A DNA stretch of 64,000 nucleotides. It comes from Bacteroidota bacterium (lineage in GTDB: Bacteria; Bacteroidota; Ignavibacteria; Kapaibacteriales; UBA961). A program made the translations under genes and the position numbers. The stretch covers positions 1,643-65,642 of the forward strand of contig JBMOIC010000011.1 of assembly GCA_049317525.1 (NCBI GenBank). Direction: 5' to 3'. Shown here in pieces: positions 39,506 to 48,519 of the stretch; the first letter of the stretch is position 1, and every line of letters starts with the position of its first letter. Below the pieces are notes generated by a model. It saw only the letters and a list, made by a program, of their open reading frames with translations. It did not search any database and was not told the DNA's origin.

Positions 39506-40864
39506 TATATCGGATAATTTTGTTATATCTCCAGCACCTACGGTTAATACAAGATCACCTGGTTGAATAACAGATTTTACCACATGTTCTAAATCTGCTT
39601 TATTCTGAACATAATGAACATTACGGTGCCCTGCTTTTTTTGCAGACTGAGCAATCAATTCACCGGTAATACCTTCAATTGGAATTTCTCTTGCAGGATA
39701 AATATCTGTGATAAACACAATATCCGCATCGTCGAAAGAAAGCCCAAATTCTTTATAAAAATCTCTTGTTCTGGTATATGTATGTGGCTGAAATACACAT
39801 ACAATACGTCTGTCTTTCCAACCAGCTCTAGCTGCTGCCAAAGCATTCAATAATTCTGTAGGATGATGGGCATAATCATCAACTATCAATATATCATCTA
39901 TCATACCTTTAATTTCGAAACGACGATATACACCTGCAAAGGTCTCTAATGCATTTTTGATGGTTTCAAATGGTATTTCTAAATGAAGACCTACAGTAAT
40001 TGCAGCTAAAGAATTTTTAACATTATATAGCCCGGGTATTTGTATGCAGATTTTTCCAAGATCTTTACCATGTGCTTTAACTGTAAATGTAGAACTTTGT
40101 TCATGGGAAATAATATCAATTGCTCGTATATCGCATTGACGGGATAAACCAAAAGTAATAATCTTTTTATTGATATGAGGAAGAATATCACGAACACCCG
40201 AATCATCTAAACCTAAAGCAATTAACCCATAAAAAGGTACTTTAGCAGCAAATTCTATAAATGCTTTTTTTACTTCTTCTTCAGTTCCATAAATATCAAG
40301 ATGTTCGGCTTCAATATTATTAATTACTGCAATAGTAGGGAATAACTGTAAAAAGGATCTATCATATTCATCTGCTTCTACTACTGTCCATTGTCCTTTT
40401 CCTAATCTAGCATTTGTGCCACCAAGGCCATCAAGCCTTCCACCTACAATTACAGTTGGGTCTATACCACCTTTCATTAATACTAAACCACATAGCGAAG
40501 TTGTAGTGGTTTTACCATGTGTTCCAGCTAAGGCTAAAGTATAATTAAGTCTTGATAATTCTGCTAACATTTCAGCTCTTCGGATGATAGGAATACCCTT
40601 TTCAAAAGCTGCAATGGTTTCTGGATTTTCTTGAGGTTTAACGGCGCTTGAATACACAACTGCCTCTGCACCAATTATATAATCAGCTGCATGCCCGGTA
40701 TAAATATGTGCACCAAGTGAAGCAAGATATTCGGTGTTTTCTGATACGGATAAATCCGAACCACTAATAGTAAAGCCTAGATTGATAAGGATTTCAGCAA
40801 TCCCACTCATTCCAATTCCGCCTATACCAACAAAATGAATATGTTTAATCGCAGTAAAAATCAT
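39488..40864 (-). CDS. murC: UDP-N-acetylmuramate--L-alanine ligase
   Basis: 458 aa. IHFVGIGGIGMSGIAEIL, AGTHGKTTTTS; Mur ligase middle and C-terminal domains. 3' end overlaps the kynU 3' end by 18 nt (convergent). Confidence 0.92.
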   Translation of the reverse strand: MIFTAIKHIHFVGIGGIGMSGIAEILINLGFTISGSDLSVSENTEYLASLGAHIYTGHAADYIIGAEAVVYSSAVKPQENPETIAAFEKGIPIIRRAEMLAELSRLNYTLALAGTHGKTTTTSLCGLVLMKGGIDPTVIVGGRLDGLGGTNARLGKGQWTVVEADEYDRSFLQLFPTIAVINNIEAEHLDIYGTEEEVKKAFIEFAAKVPFYGLIALGLDDSGVRDILPHINKKIITFGLSRQCDIRAIDIISHEQSSTFTVKAHGKDLGKICIQIPGLYNVKNSLAAITVGLHLEIPFETIKNALETFAGVYRRFEIKGMIDDILIVDDYAHHPTELLNALAAARAGWKDRRIVCVFQPHTYTRTRDFYKEFGLSFDDADIVFITDIYPAREIPIEGITGELIAQSAKKAGHRNVHYVQNKADLEHVVKSVIQPGDLVLTVGAGDITKLSDILLVGK

Positions 40865-40878
40865 AGTTTTTTAATGGC

Positions 40879-41217
40879 TTATGAATGAATTTCTTTGACA
40901 GAATAATTCATATTCTGAAGTTTTTTTGTTACGGATGATCTGTGATCACCTTGAATTTCAATCAGATTATCTCGAACAGTTCCACCCGAACCACATGACT
41001 TTTTTAATATCTGGCATAAAGAGTCTAATTCATCTGGTTTTGACTGAAAACCAGATATAATTGTCACAGTTTTACCGCCTCTACCTTTTTTTTCTATGTA
41101 TACTTTAATATGGACGGGTTTACCATCATACCCTAACTGCTTCTGTATTTTTTCTGCAACTTTATAATCTGTAGATAATAAAGACGATAAATCGCTTAAT
41201 GAAGTTAGTTTAGCCAT
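40879..41217 (-). CDS. yciH: SUI1/YciH-family translation initiation factor
   Basis: 112 aa. ...GRGGKTVTIISGF...LKKSCGSGGTV.D..IEIQGDHR.... Confidence 0.85.
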   Translation of the reverse strand: MAKLTSLSDLSSLLSTDYKVAEKIQKQLGYDGKPVHIKVYIEKKGRGGKTVTIISGFQSKPDELDSLCQILKKSCGSGGTVRDNLIEIQGDHRSSVTKKLQNMNYSVKEIHS

Positions 41218-41220
41218 ACA

Positions 41221-42720
41221 TTATTCTTCAGTAGAAAATTTATTAGCATGGATATCAATTTCTACAGGATAATTACCTGTAAAGCAAGCATTACAATATC
41301 CAGTTCCTGGTTCTTGTGGAACAGATTCCATTAAAGATTCAACTGATAAATAATGTAAAGTATCTGCATTTAAAGCTTTAGAAATCTCTTCTTCATTGGA
41401 ATAGTGATTTGCTATAAGTTCTTCTTTGCTTGGAAAATCCATTCCATATTTACAAGGAAATTTTATTGGTGGCGATGTAATTCGCATATGAACTTGTTTT
41501 GGCTCTGCTTCGCGAATTAAATTAACTAAAGCTTTAGAAGTAGTACCTCTAACGATTGAATCGTCAATCACAACCACAGTTTTACCTTCTAATACCCCGC
41601 GAACAGTATTGAATTTTGTTTTAACCTTAAATTCTCTATTGTCTTGGCCAGGAGCAATAAATGTTCTTCCAACATAATGACTTCTTATTAAACCGATTTC
41701 ATATTTAGTGGGTATTCCCATTTTATTGTTAACTTTTGCATATCCCAAAGTTGCTGTATTCCCACTATCAGGAACTGCAATACAAGTTACTTTTTCATCT
41801 GGTTCAGAAGCATGAACAGGGCTTTCAAGAGCAAGATTTTTACCAAGTTTTCGGCGTACTTTGTCTACATTATGTCCAAAGATTTTAGAGTCTGGTCTTG
41901 AAAAATAAATATATTCAAAAATACAATGTCTTGACTCTGGAGTAATTTCATCGATTGTATAGCTTTTGATATTGCCTGTTTTAACAGTATCATCATCGAT
42001 AACAATAATCTCATTATGGGCTATATCTCTAATATATTCTGCGCTTATAATATCAAGTGCGCAGGTTTCGGACACAACAAAATAAGCCATAGAGTCACCA
42101 ACTTTTTTTCGGCCTATGCATAAAGGGCGGAAACCGAAGGGGTCTCTTGCAGCTACTAAACATGAATTAGTTAAAATAACAAGAGAATAGGCTCCTCTGG
42201 CAGTCATTAAAGCTTCACGAATTTGTTCAAGCTGTTGATCTTTTTTACTTCTAGCAATAAGATGAAGGAATAATTCGCTATCTGTTGTTGTTTGAAAGAT
42301 AGATCCTTCTTCTTGTAATTGATTTCTTAGCTGTTTTGTATTCGTTAAATTTCCATTATGAGCTACTGCTATAGAACCAGACTTATACTTTGTTAAAAAT
42401 GGCTGCACATTAGTTAATCCACCACTTCCAGTGGTAGAATAGCGATTATGTGCTATTGCAACAGTACCTTGTAATTTATTTGTTAAGATATCTGAATCAG
42501 AAAATACATCAAGAACTAAGCCTTCACCTTTATGGACAGCAAATTTATATGGTTCATCATCACCATTTTTTTTAGCTGCAACAATTCCAGCGGCTTCTTG
42601 TCCTCTATGTTGCAATGCATGCAAAGCATAATATGCCATAACAGAAGCTTGTGGATGATTAAAAACACCTACAATTCCACAATTACAATTTGGTTTATCT
42701 AAATCACGAAGCTGATTCAT
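41221..42720 (-). CDS. purF: amidophosphoribosyltransferase
   Basis: 499 aa. Propeptide followed by CGIVGV (Ntn Cys); PRTase motif VVIDDSIVRGTTS; C-terminal 4Fe-4S Cys ligands (CNACFTGNYP). Confidence 0.92.
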   Translation of the reverse strand: MNQLRDLDKPNCNCGIVGVFNHPQASVMAYYALHALQHRGQEAAGIVAAKKNGDDEPYKFAVHKGEGLVLDVFSDSDILTNKLQGTVAIAHNRYSTTGSGGLTNVQPFLTKYKSGSIAVAHNGNLTNTKQLRNQLQEEGSIFQTTTDSELFLHLIARSKKDQQLEQIREALMTARGAYSLVILTNSCLVAARDPFGFRPLCIGRKKVGDSMAYFVVSETCALDIISAEYIRDIAHNEIIVIDDDTVKTGNIKSYTIDEITPESRHCIFEYIYFSRPDSKIFGHNVDKVRRKLGKNLALESPVHASEPDEKVTCIAVPDSGNTATLGYAKVNNKMGIPTKYEIGLIRSHYVGRTFIAPGQDNREFKVKTKFNTVRGVLEGKTVVVIDDSIVRGTTSKALVNLIREAEPKQVHMRITSPPIKFPCKYGMDFPSKEELIANHYSNEEEISKALNADTLHYLSVESLMESVPQEPGTGYCNACFTGNYPVEIDIHANKFSTEE

Positions 42721-42816
42721 TGATGTGTACTTGAAAGGATGAAGAAGGAATACTCATGAACGAAAATACGAAATTTGAGTATAGTTTATCTTTTTCATTT
42801 TGTATTTGTTTTATTG

Positions 42817-42838
42817 ATTTGTAACATCAGTTACAAAT
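42817..42838. promoter_or_regulatory. perfect 9-4-9 palindrome ATTTGTAAC-ATCA-GTTACAAAT; candidate operator in the purF/TauE divergent intergenic region
   Basis: Read directly from the sequence, ~53 nt upstream of the TauE-like ATG. Shaped like a dimeric transcription-factor site; no regulator gene adjacent. Confidence 0.3.
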
Positions 42839-42890
42839 TATTATCACTAAAAATGCAATTTTGCTTATACTCATTTATTAAGGTAAGAAT

Positions 42891-43262
42891 ATGCAAGATA
42901 CATCAATTTTGTTTTTAGTATTGATTGGCACTATAGCAGGATTTTTAGGCGGCTTATTAGGAATAGGTGGTGCCGTGATAATTATTCCAGCATTAGTACT
43001 TATTCTAGGGTTTCCACAGCATATTGCTCAAGGAACAACATTGATGATGTTTGTAATGCCTGTTGGATTACTTGCTGCATGGCAATATTACAAAGCTGGT
43101 AATGTTGATATAAAAGCTTCTGTAATTTTAGCCTTAGCATTTGTGATCAGTGGATATTTTGGGGCAAAATATGCCCAAGAAATACCCCAGCAATTATTAA
43201 AAAAGATTTTTGCTTTATTATTAATGGGAATTTCTGTTAAAACATTATTCTTTGATAAGTAA
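42891..43262 (+). CDS. half-size TauE/SafE (TSUP) family sulfite/anion exporter
   Basis: 123 aa, 4 TM. GTIAGFLGGLLGIGGAVIIIPALVLILGF...AQGTTL is the TSUP repeat signature. Only one of the usual two repeats is present. Confidence 0.6.
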   Translation: MQDTSILFLVLIGTIAGFLGGLLGIGGAVIIIPALVLILGFPQHIAQGTTLMMFVMPVGLLAAWQYYKAGNVDIKASVILALAFVISGYFGAKYAQEIPQQLLKKIFALLLMGISVKTLFFDK

Positions 43263-43353
43263 ATGTCTATGTAACTTTTGTAACTGTGATTGATATAAAA
43301 TATCTGTTTTTTTGAATTAGAATTTATACAAAGAATAACAAAAGAGAACAACA

Positions 43354-44778
43354 ATGATTATCGAACAATTGTATACTGGATGTTTGGCTCAAGGAGCCTA
43401 TTATATCGAAGATCAGGGCGAAGTTGCAATTATTGATCCTTTAAGAGAAGTTCAGCCTTATATCAATAAAGCACAGAAAAATGATGCTACGATAAAATAT
43501 GTTTTTGAAACACATTTTCATGCAGATTTTGTATCGGGACATATTGATTTATCTGCAAAAACTGGTGCTCCAATTATTATTGGCCCAACAGATGCACAGC
43601 ATAGTTATGAGGCGATTCATGCTAATGATGGACAAGATTTTACACTTGGTAATTCTATCTTAAGGGTAATGCATACTCCTGGGCACACCATGGAAAGCAT
43701 TTGTATTCTTTTGATTGATGAGCATGGAAAACAAAAAGCATTATTTACTGGTGATACACTTTTTATCGGAGATGTGGGTAGACCAGATTTAGCACAACAG
43801 ATTGTTAATGAGTTAACCCAAGAAATACTTGCCGGACATCTCTTTGATTCTTTAAGAAATAAAATAATGGTTTTAGACGATGATATTATTGTGTATCCAG
43901 CCCATGGTGCAGGTAGTGCATGTGGTAAAATGATGAGCAAAGAAACATTTGATACTTTGGGAAATCAAAAGAAATTCAATTATGCTTTAAGTACAGACTT
44001 AACCAAAGATATGTTTATCAAAGAAGTACTTAAAGGTTTAATGCCTCCGCCTGGATATTTCCCCAAAAATGTGATGATGAATATAGGTGGTTATGATGGT
44101 ATTGATACAGTGCTATCACGTGGAAATAAAGCTTTATATCCAAATGAATTTGAATTTCAAGCCAATGAGTTAAGCGCTTTAGTATTAGATACAAGGCATG
44201 CATCAGATTTTGCTAAAGCACATATACCAAATTCAATAAATATCGGTATAGATGGAAGCTTTGCTATCTGGATTGGTGCATTAATTCCAGACATTAAACA
44301 AACAATTTTGATAGTTGCCGATGCTGGAAGAGAAGAGGAAGTTATCACTCGTTTGGCAAGAGTAGGGTATGATTATGCTATCGGTTATTTAAAAGGAGGA
44401 ATGCAAAGCTGGATTAATGAACTTAAAGAGATAGAGACAGTGCAATCTATATCCGTTCAAGAATTTGCCGATATCGAACAAAAAAACCCAACTATTGCAA
44501 TTTTAGATGTTCGTAAACACAGTGAATATGATTCAGAGCATATTGTTAGTGCAGAAAATTTTCCACTCGATACCATAAATGAAGATTATCATCAGATTAA
44601 TAAAGAAAAAGAGTTCTTTGTCCATTGTGCTGGTGGGTATAGATCAATGATTTTTATTTCAATTCTTAAAGCACGAGGTTATCATCATTTAATTAATATT
44701 GATGGTGGTTTTAATGCAATCAAAGAATCTAAGGCATTTTCATTAACTGAATTTGTTTGTCCAACAACTTTATTATAA
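43354..44778 (+). CDS. persulfide dioxygenase-rhodanese fusion (CstB-like MBL-fold sulfur dioxygenase + two rhodanese domains)
   Basis: 474 aa. MBL motif ETHFHADFVSGH and a second His cluster HTPGHT. C-terminal rhodanese with active-site loop VHCAGGYRS. The middle rhodanese-like domain lacks the catalytic Cys. Confidence 0.7.
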   Translation: MIIEQLYTGCLAQGAYYIEDQGEVAIIDPLREVQPYINKAQKNDATIKYVFETHFHADFVSGHIDLSAKTGAPIIIGPTDAQHSYEAIHANDGQDFTLGNSILRVMHTPGHTMESICILLIDEHGKQKALFTGDTLFIGDVGRPDLAQQIVNELTQEILAGHLFDSLRNKIMVLDDDIIVYPAHGAGSACGKMMSKETFDTLGNQKKFNYALSTDLTKDMFIKEVLKGLMPPPGYFPKNVMMNIGGYDGIDTVLSRGNKALYPNEFEFQANELSALVLDTRHASDFAKAHIPNSINIGIDGSFAIWIGALIPDIKQTILIVADAGREEEVITRLARVGYDYAIGYLKGGMQSWINELKEIETVQSISVQEFADIEQKNPTIAILDVRKHSEYDSEHIVSAENFPLDTINEDYHQINKEKEFFVHCAGGYRSMIFISILKARGYHHLINIDGGFNAIKESKAFSLTEFVCPTTLL

Positions 44779-44782
44779 AACT

Positions 44783-44998
44783 ATGAATTCAATATTAAGT
44801 CGAGCTACATACAATTGGAATGTTACAAGAATACTATACACAAGTATCGGTATTTTATTGTCAAGCTACTCTGCCTATCATCAAGATTGGACTGGTACAT
44901 TTTTAGGACTTTATTTTATTATTATGGGTGTATTTGCACTTGGATGCGCGGCTGGTTCTTGTTCTATACCTCAGAATACTTCACAAAAAATCCAATAA
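44783..44998 (+). CDS. DUF2892-like small membrane protein (YgaP-type TM domain)
   Basis: 71 aa from MNSILS (the ORF track begins at 44753 inside the upstream gene). Two TM helices with a C-terminal GCAAGSC motif. The family is usually rhodanese-associated. Confidence 0.45.
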   Translation: MNSILSRATYNWNVTRILYTSIGILLSSYSAYHQDWTGTFLGLYFIIMGVFALGCAAGSCSIPQNTSQKIQ

Positions 44999-45002
44999 TA
45001 AT

Positions 45003-45302
45003 ATGGCAACTTTTTCAGAATTAATACAAACAGATACTGCGGTACTTGTCGATTTTTCCGCCGAATGGTGTGGTCCTTGCAAAATGATGCCACCAATTCT
45101 AGCAGAATTAAAATCTTCTATTGGAAATAAAGTAATTATCATGAAAATGGATATAGATAGAAATCCACAAACAGCAAGACAATATTCTATACAATCTGTG
45201 CCAACATTAATGCTTTTCCGGGATGGCAAAGTACTATGGAGACAATCGGGTGTAATGCAAGCAAGTCAATTAGAACAAGTAATCAAGCAATATGTAGGGT
45301 AA
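45003..45302 (+). CDS. trxA: thioredoxin
   Basis: 99 aa. WCGPCK active site. Start MATFSELIQ at 45003 (the ORF track begins upstream at 44928). Confidence 0.9.
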   Translation: MATFSELIQTDTAVLVDFSAEWCGPCKMMPPILAELKSSIGNKVIIMKMDIDRNPQTARQYSIQSVPTLMLFRDGKVLWRQSGVMQASQLEQVIKQYVG

Positions 45303-45361
45303 AAATCCATGATTCTTCGTATTTTGTAAGATACTTTCTTAACAATTGCAAAGGATGAAAC

Positions 45362-47815
45362 ATGAAGGTCAGAGTATCTTTCATCGTCGTTTTTCTTTTT
45401 AGTACAATTTCAATATTTGCACAATTACCATATAGAACAAACTCTCATGTTAATGAGCCCAATAGCGAGCCCAGAGAACATCCTATAGATGTTCAAAGAA
45501 TGACATTAAAAGTTAAATTTGAACCAGAAAAGGGTTTGGTAAAGGGAATTGTTACCCATGTTTTTAAACCTTTAAGAAAATCTGTTGATTCCATCTTTTT
45601 TGATGCAATCACAATGAAGATTTCTGAAGCAACTGTAAATGGCAAGCCTGCTCGATATTCTGTTACAGATGCGGGTATTACAGTATATCCACAACAAATG
45701 AAATGGGGTTCAACAGATAGCATATCATTTGTTTATGAAGCTTCGCCACGTTCAGGATTATATTTTATCGGATGGAATGACACAACAAATAGATGCAGAA
45801 AACAAATATGGAGTCAAGGACAAGGGATAGACTCTCGCGCATGGGTGCCCATGTATGATGAAATGAATGATAAATATATCACAGAAACAATTGTCACATT
45901 CGATAAAAACTATCATGTTTTGTCTAATGGTACCAAACTAAATGAACAATCAAATAGCGATGGAACAAAAACGTGGCATTATCGCATGATGCATCCTCAT
46001 GCACCATATTTATTAACATTAGTTATTGGTAAATATGCTGTAGAGACTCGTAAAAGTTCTTCTGGAATCGTTAATAATCTATATTATTACCCAGAATATA
46101 AAAATAGAGTAGAACCTACATATTTATATTCAACTGAATCTATGGACTTTCTAGAATCATTTATAGGTATTCCATATCCATGGGAATTATACTCTCAAAT
46201 AATGGTTCAAGATTTTACATTCGGTGCTATGGAGAATACTACAGCAACTACTTTTGGTGATTTCTCTTTTGTTGATCCAAGAGGTTTTAAAGATAGAAGT
46301 TATATCGGCACAAATGTTCATGAATTAACTCATCAATGGTTTGGTGATTTTATCACGGCCCGTGTTCAAAAACATGTATGGTTGCAAGAGAGTTTTGCTA
46401 CTTTCTATCCAAAATACTTTTTCAAAAAATATGCTGGGACAATAACTCCAGAATCCCAAAAGAACTTTGGAGAAGATGCTTATGAATGGAATCTAAGAGG
46501 CGAACATAATTCTGCTTTAAATGCTTCCGAAAAAGATCGTTTACCAATAGTTCACCCAAGTTCTGGCTCAGCAAGAATTTATCCAAAAGGTTCTGCAGTT
46601 ATCGATATGATGATGTATGTGTTTGGTGAAGAAGAAATTAGAAAAGTAATCAAACACTATTTAGAACATCATAATTATGCGAATGTAGAAACTAATGATC
46701 TTTATTTGGCATTCCAAGATACATTAGGTATTACACCAGATTGGTTTTTTGATCAATGGCTTTATCGTGGCGGTGAACCCCATTATAAAGTTGAATATGA
46801 AGATATCAGAAATGCAAATGGAAGAGCAACTGTTGTCCATGTAGATCAAATACATACAATGGATGAATTAACAGGTCCATTCAAAATGCCTATTGAATTT
46901 GATGTTTATTATAAAGATGGCACGAAAGATTCAAAAACAGATTGGATTTCATCAATAAGACATAATATATTGATTCCAAATTCATCAAATAAAGAAATTG
47001 CTTTTGTGCTTTTTGACCCAGGCAGTAGAATATTAAAAAAGACTACATTCAAAAAAACATTTGATGAATTGAAATATCAGGTTATCAATGCACCGCATAT
47101 GATAGACAGATACGATGCTCTTATTGCATTAAAGGATATGAATAATGATGGTAAAGAGCTTCTTCTTCAACAAGTTTTTGAAAAAGAGCAATTCTATGCA
47201 ATCAAAAATGAAATTATTGTTCAAATGCATGAATTAGCTACTCCAAATGCATTAAATCTTATCGCAAATGCCCTAAAAGATAAATCAGAAGATGTCCGCA
47301 AAGCAGCATTAAATGGATTAAAAACCATACCACTGGAATTAAAATCTTCTGTTGAACAATTATTAACAGATGAATCATATGCCATAATTACAATAGCACT
47401 TGAAAAATTATGCGATCAATTTCCTTCTTCTGCAGATTCATATCTAGAAAAAACATCAAATGAAGCAGGTTTATATGATCAAATATCGATTAAATCACTC
47501 GAGATTAAAGCTGGAAAGGGAGATCAAAAAGCACTTGAAAAATTAATCGATTTTACAAGTAATGCATTTGAATTTTGGACTCGAAGAAATGCTATGAATT
47601 CGCTAAAACGTATCAATTATTTAAATGAATCCTTGATTTTACATCTTTTAGATGCTGCATGGAATCCTAATTCTAGATTATCAAGTTCTGCAATTGAAGT
47701 ACTTCAATACTTTTATCAGCAGTCACAGTATAAACAACTTATTCTTCAAGCAAAGAAAAGCAATAATGATTCAAAATCATGGCAAAAAGATGCTTGGGCA
47801 AAAATCATTCGTTAA
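45362..47815 (+). CDS. M1-family zinc aminopeptidase (aminopeptidase N-like) with C-terminal HEAT-repeat region, secreted
   Basis: 817 aa. Signal peptide. GAMEN motif (FGAMENT) and HELTHQWFGD...WLQESFATF (HExxH-x18-E). Confidence 0.85.
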   Translation: MKVRVSFIVVFLFSTISIFAQLPYRTNSHVNEPNSEPREHPIDVQRMTLKVKFEPEKGLVKGIVTHVFKPLRKSVDSIFFDAITMKISEATVNGKPARYSVTDAGITVYPQQMKWGSTDSISFVYEASPRSGLYFIGWNDTTNRCRKQIWSQGQGIDSRAWVPMYDEMNDKYITETIVTFDKNYHVLSNGTKLNEQSNSDGTKTWHYRMMHPHAPYLLTLVIGKYAVETRKSSSGIVNNLYYYPEYKNRVEPTYLYSTESMDFLESFIGIPYPWELYSQIMVQDFTFGAMENTTATTFGDFSFVDPRGFKDRSYIGTNVHELTHQWFGDFITARVQKHVWLQESFATFYPKYFFKKYAGTITPESQKNFGEDAYEWNLRGEHNSALNASEKDRLPIVHPSSGSARIYPKGSAVIDMMMYVFGEEEIRKVIKHYLEHHNYANVETNDLYLAFQDTLGITPDWFFDQWLYRGGEPHYKVEYEDIRNANGRATVVHVDQIHTMDELTGPFKMPIEFDVYYKDGTKDSKTDWISSIRHNILIPNSSNKEIAFVLFDPGSRILKKTTFKKTFDELKYQVINAPHMIDRYDALIALKDMNNDGKELLLQQVFEKEQFYAIKNEIIVQMHELATPNALNLIANALKDKSEDVRKAALNGLKTIPLELKSSVEQLLTDESYAIITIALEKLCDQFPSSADSYLEKTSNEAGLYDQISIKSLEIKAGKGDQKALEKLIDFTSNAFEFWTRRNAMNSLKRINYLNESLILHLLDAAWNPNSRLSSSAIEVLQYFYQQSQYKQLILQAKKSNNDSKSWQKDAWAKIIR

Positions 47816-47900
47816 AAAATACAATTCCAATAAAATATTTTCTATTTTTGATATTCTTAAAACACACTTGTTCCACTATATAATTTATGGAGGTGATATT

Positions 47901-48455
47901 ATGAAAACACTTTTTTCATCGATTGCAATGGCAATTTTGATTGTAGGGACAATAATCTTGTCTTCATGCAATCAAACAACAGAGCCTTCTACCGGAACTG
48001 CTACTCAATTATCTTTATCTGATTTATATAATTCTGCCGGATATTCATGGTTTGAAGCCGAAAAGACATTATATGCACCAGATGATTCTAAAATCAGAGA
48101 TATTGCAGCTGAATTCAAAAATAAAAATCAAATGATTTACTTTTTTGTAAATCCTTCTTGTTCTTGTAATGGGACAAAAAAGACATTTCCCCATGCAATC
48201 CGAATTCTTAAAGATGCGGGCGTTCCTGATGCTAATATTGTGATTTATTCTATGAAGTCTTTTACCGATAATCATCCATTAAAAGATAAATTTACTTTAC
48301 GTGGATTACCTTCAATATTTATTACTGTTAATGGTAATACAAAATATTCAATGGAAGTAATTGATGATGTATTATATGTATCTGGTGGTAGCAAAAAAGA
48401 TGATAAGCCATCCGAAGTATTAGAATCAATATTATTAGAAGGCTTTAAATTCTAA
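47901..48455 (+). CDS. hypothetical lipoprotein
   Basis: 184 aa. GGAGGTGA RBS; lipoprotein signal ...IILSSC. Contains CSCNG. The ORF track's 47652 start overlaps the peptidase gene and is rejected. Confidence 0.5.
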   Translation: MKTLFSSIAMAILIVGTIILSSCNQTTEPSTGTATQLSLSDLYNSAGYSWFEAEKTLYAPDDSKIRDIAAEFKNKNQMIYFFVNPSCSCNGTKKTFPHAIRILKDAGVPDANIVIYSMKSFTDNHPLKDKFTLRGLPSIFITVNGNTKYSMEVIDDVLYVSGGSKKDDKPSEVLESILLEGFKF

Positions 48456-48477
48456 ACTGACTCAATATCTATTTATG

Positions 48478-48506
48478 AAGGGATATGTTATCATATCCCT
48501 TTTTTT
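48478..48506 (+). terminator. Rho-independent terminator
   Basis: Stem GGGATATG / CATATCCC with loop TTAT, followed by T7. Downstream of the lipoprotein gene, between converging genes. Confidence 0.65.
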
Positions 48507-48519
48507 ATAATATACATGC

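Noticed and set aside
42721-42890. Looked for a purine riboswitch upstream of purF (minus strand)
   Set aside because: Only a single 7-bp stem with a 19-nt loop is present, far too short for the three-way-junction aptamer.
47652-47900. Upstream extension of the lipoprotein ORF to 47652
   Set aside because: It overlaps the 3' end of the M1 peptidase gene in another frame. A GGAGGTGA RBS and lipoprotein signal peptide support the start at 47901.
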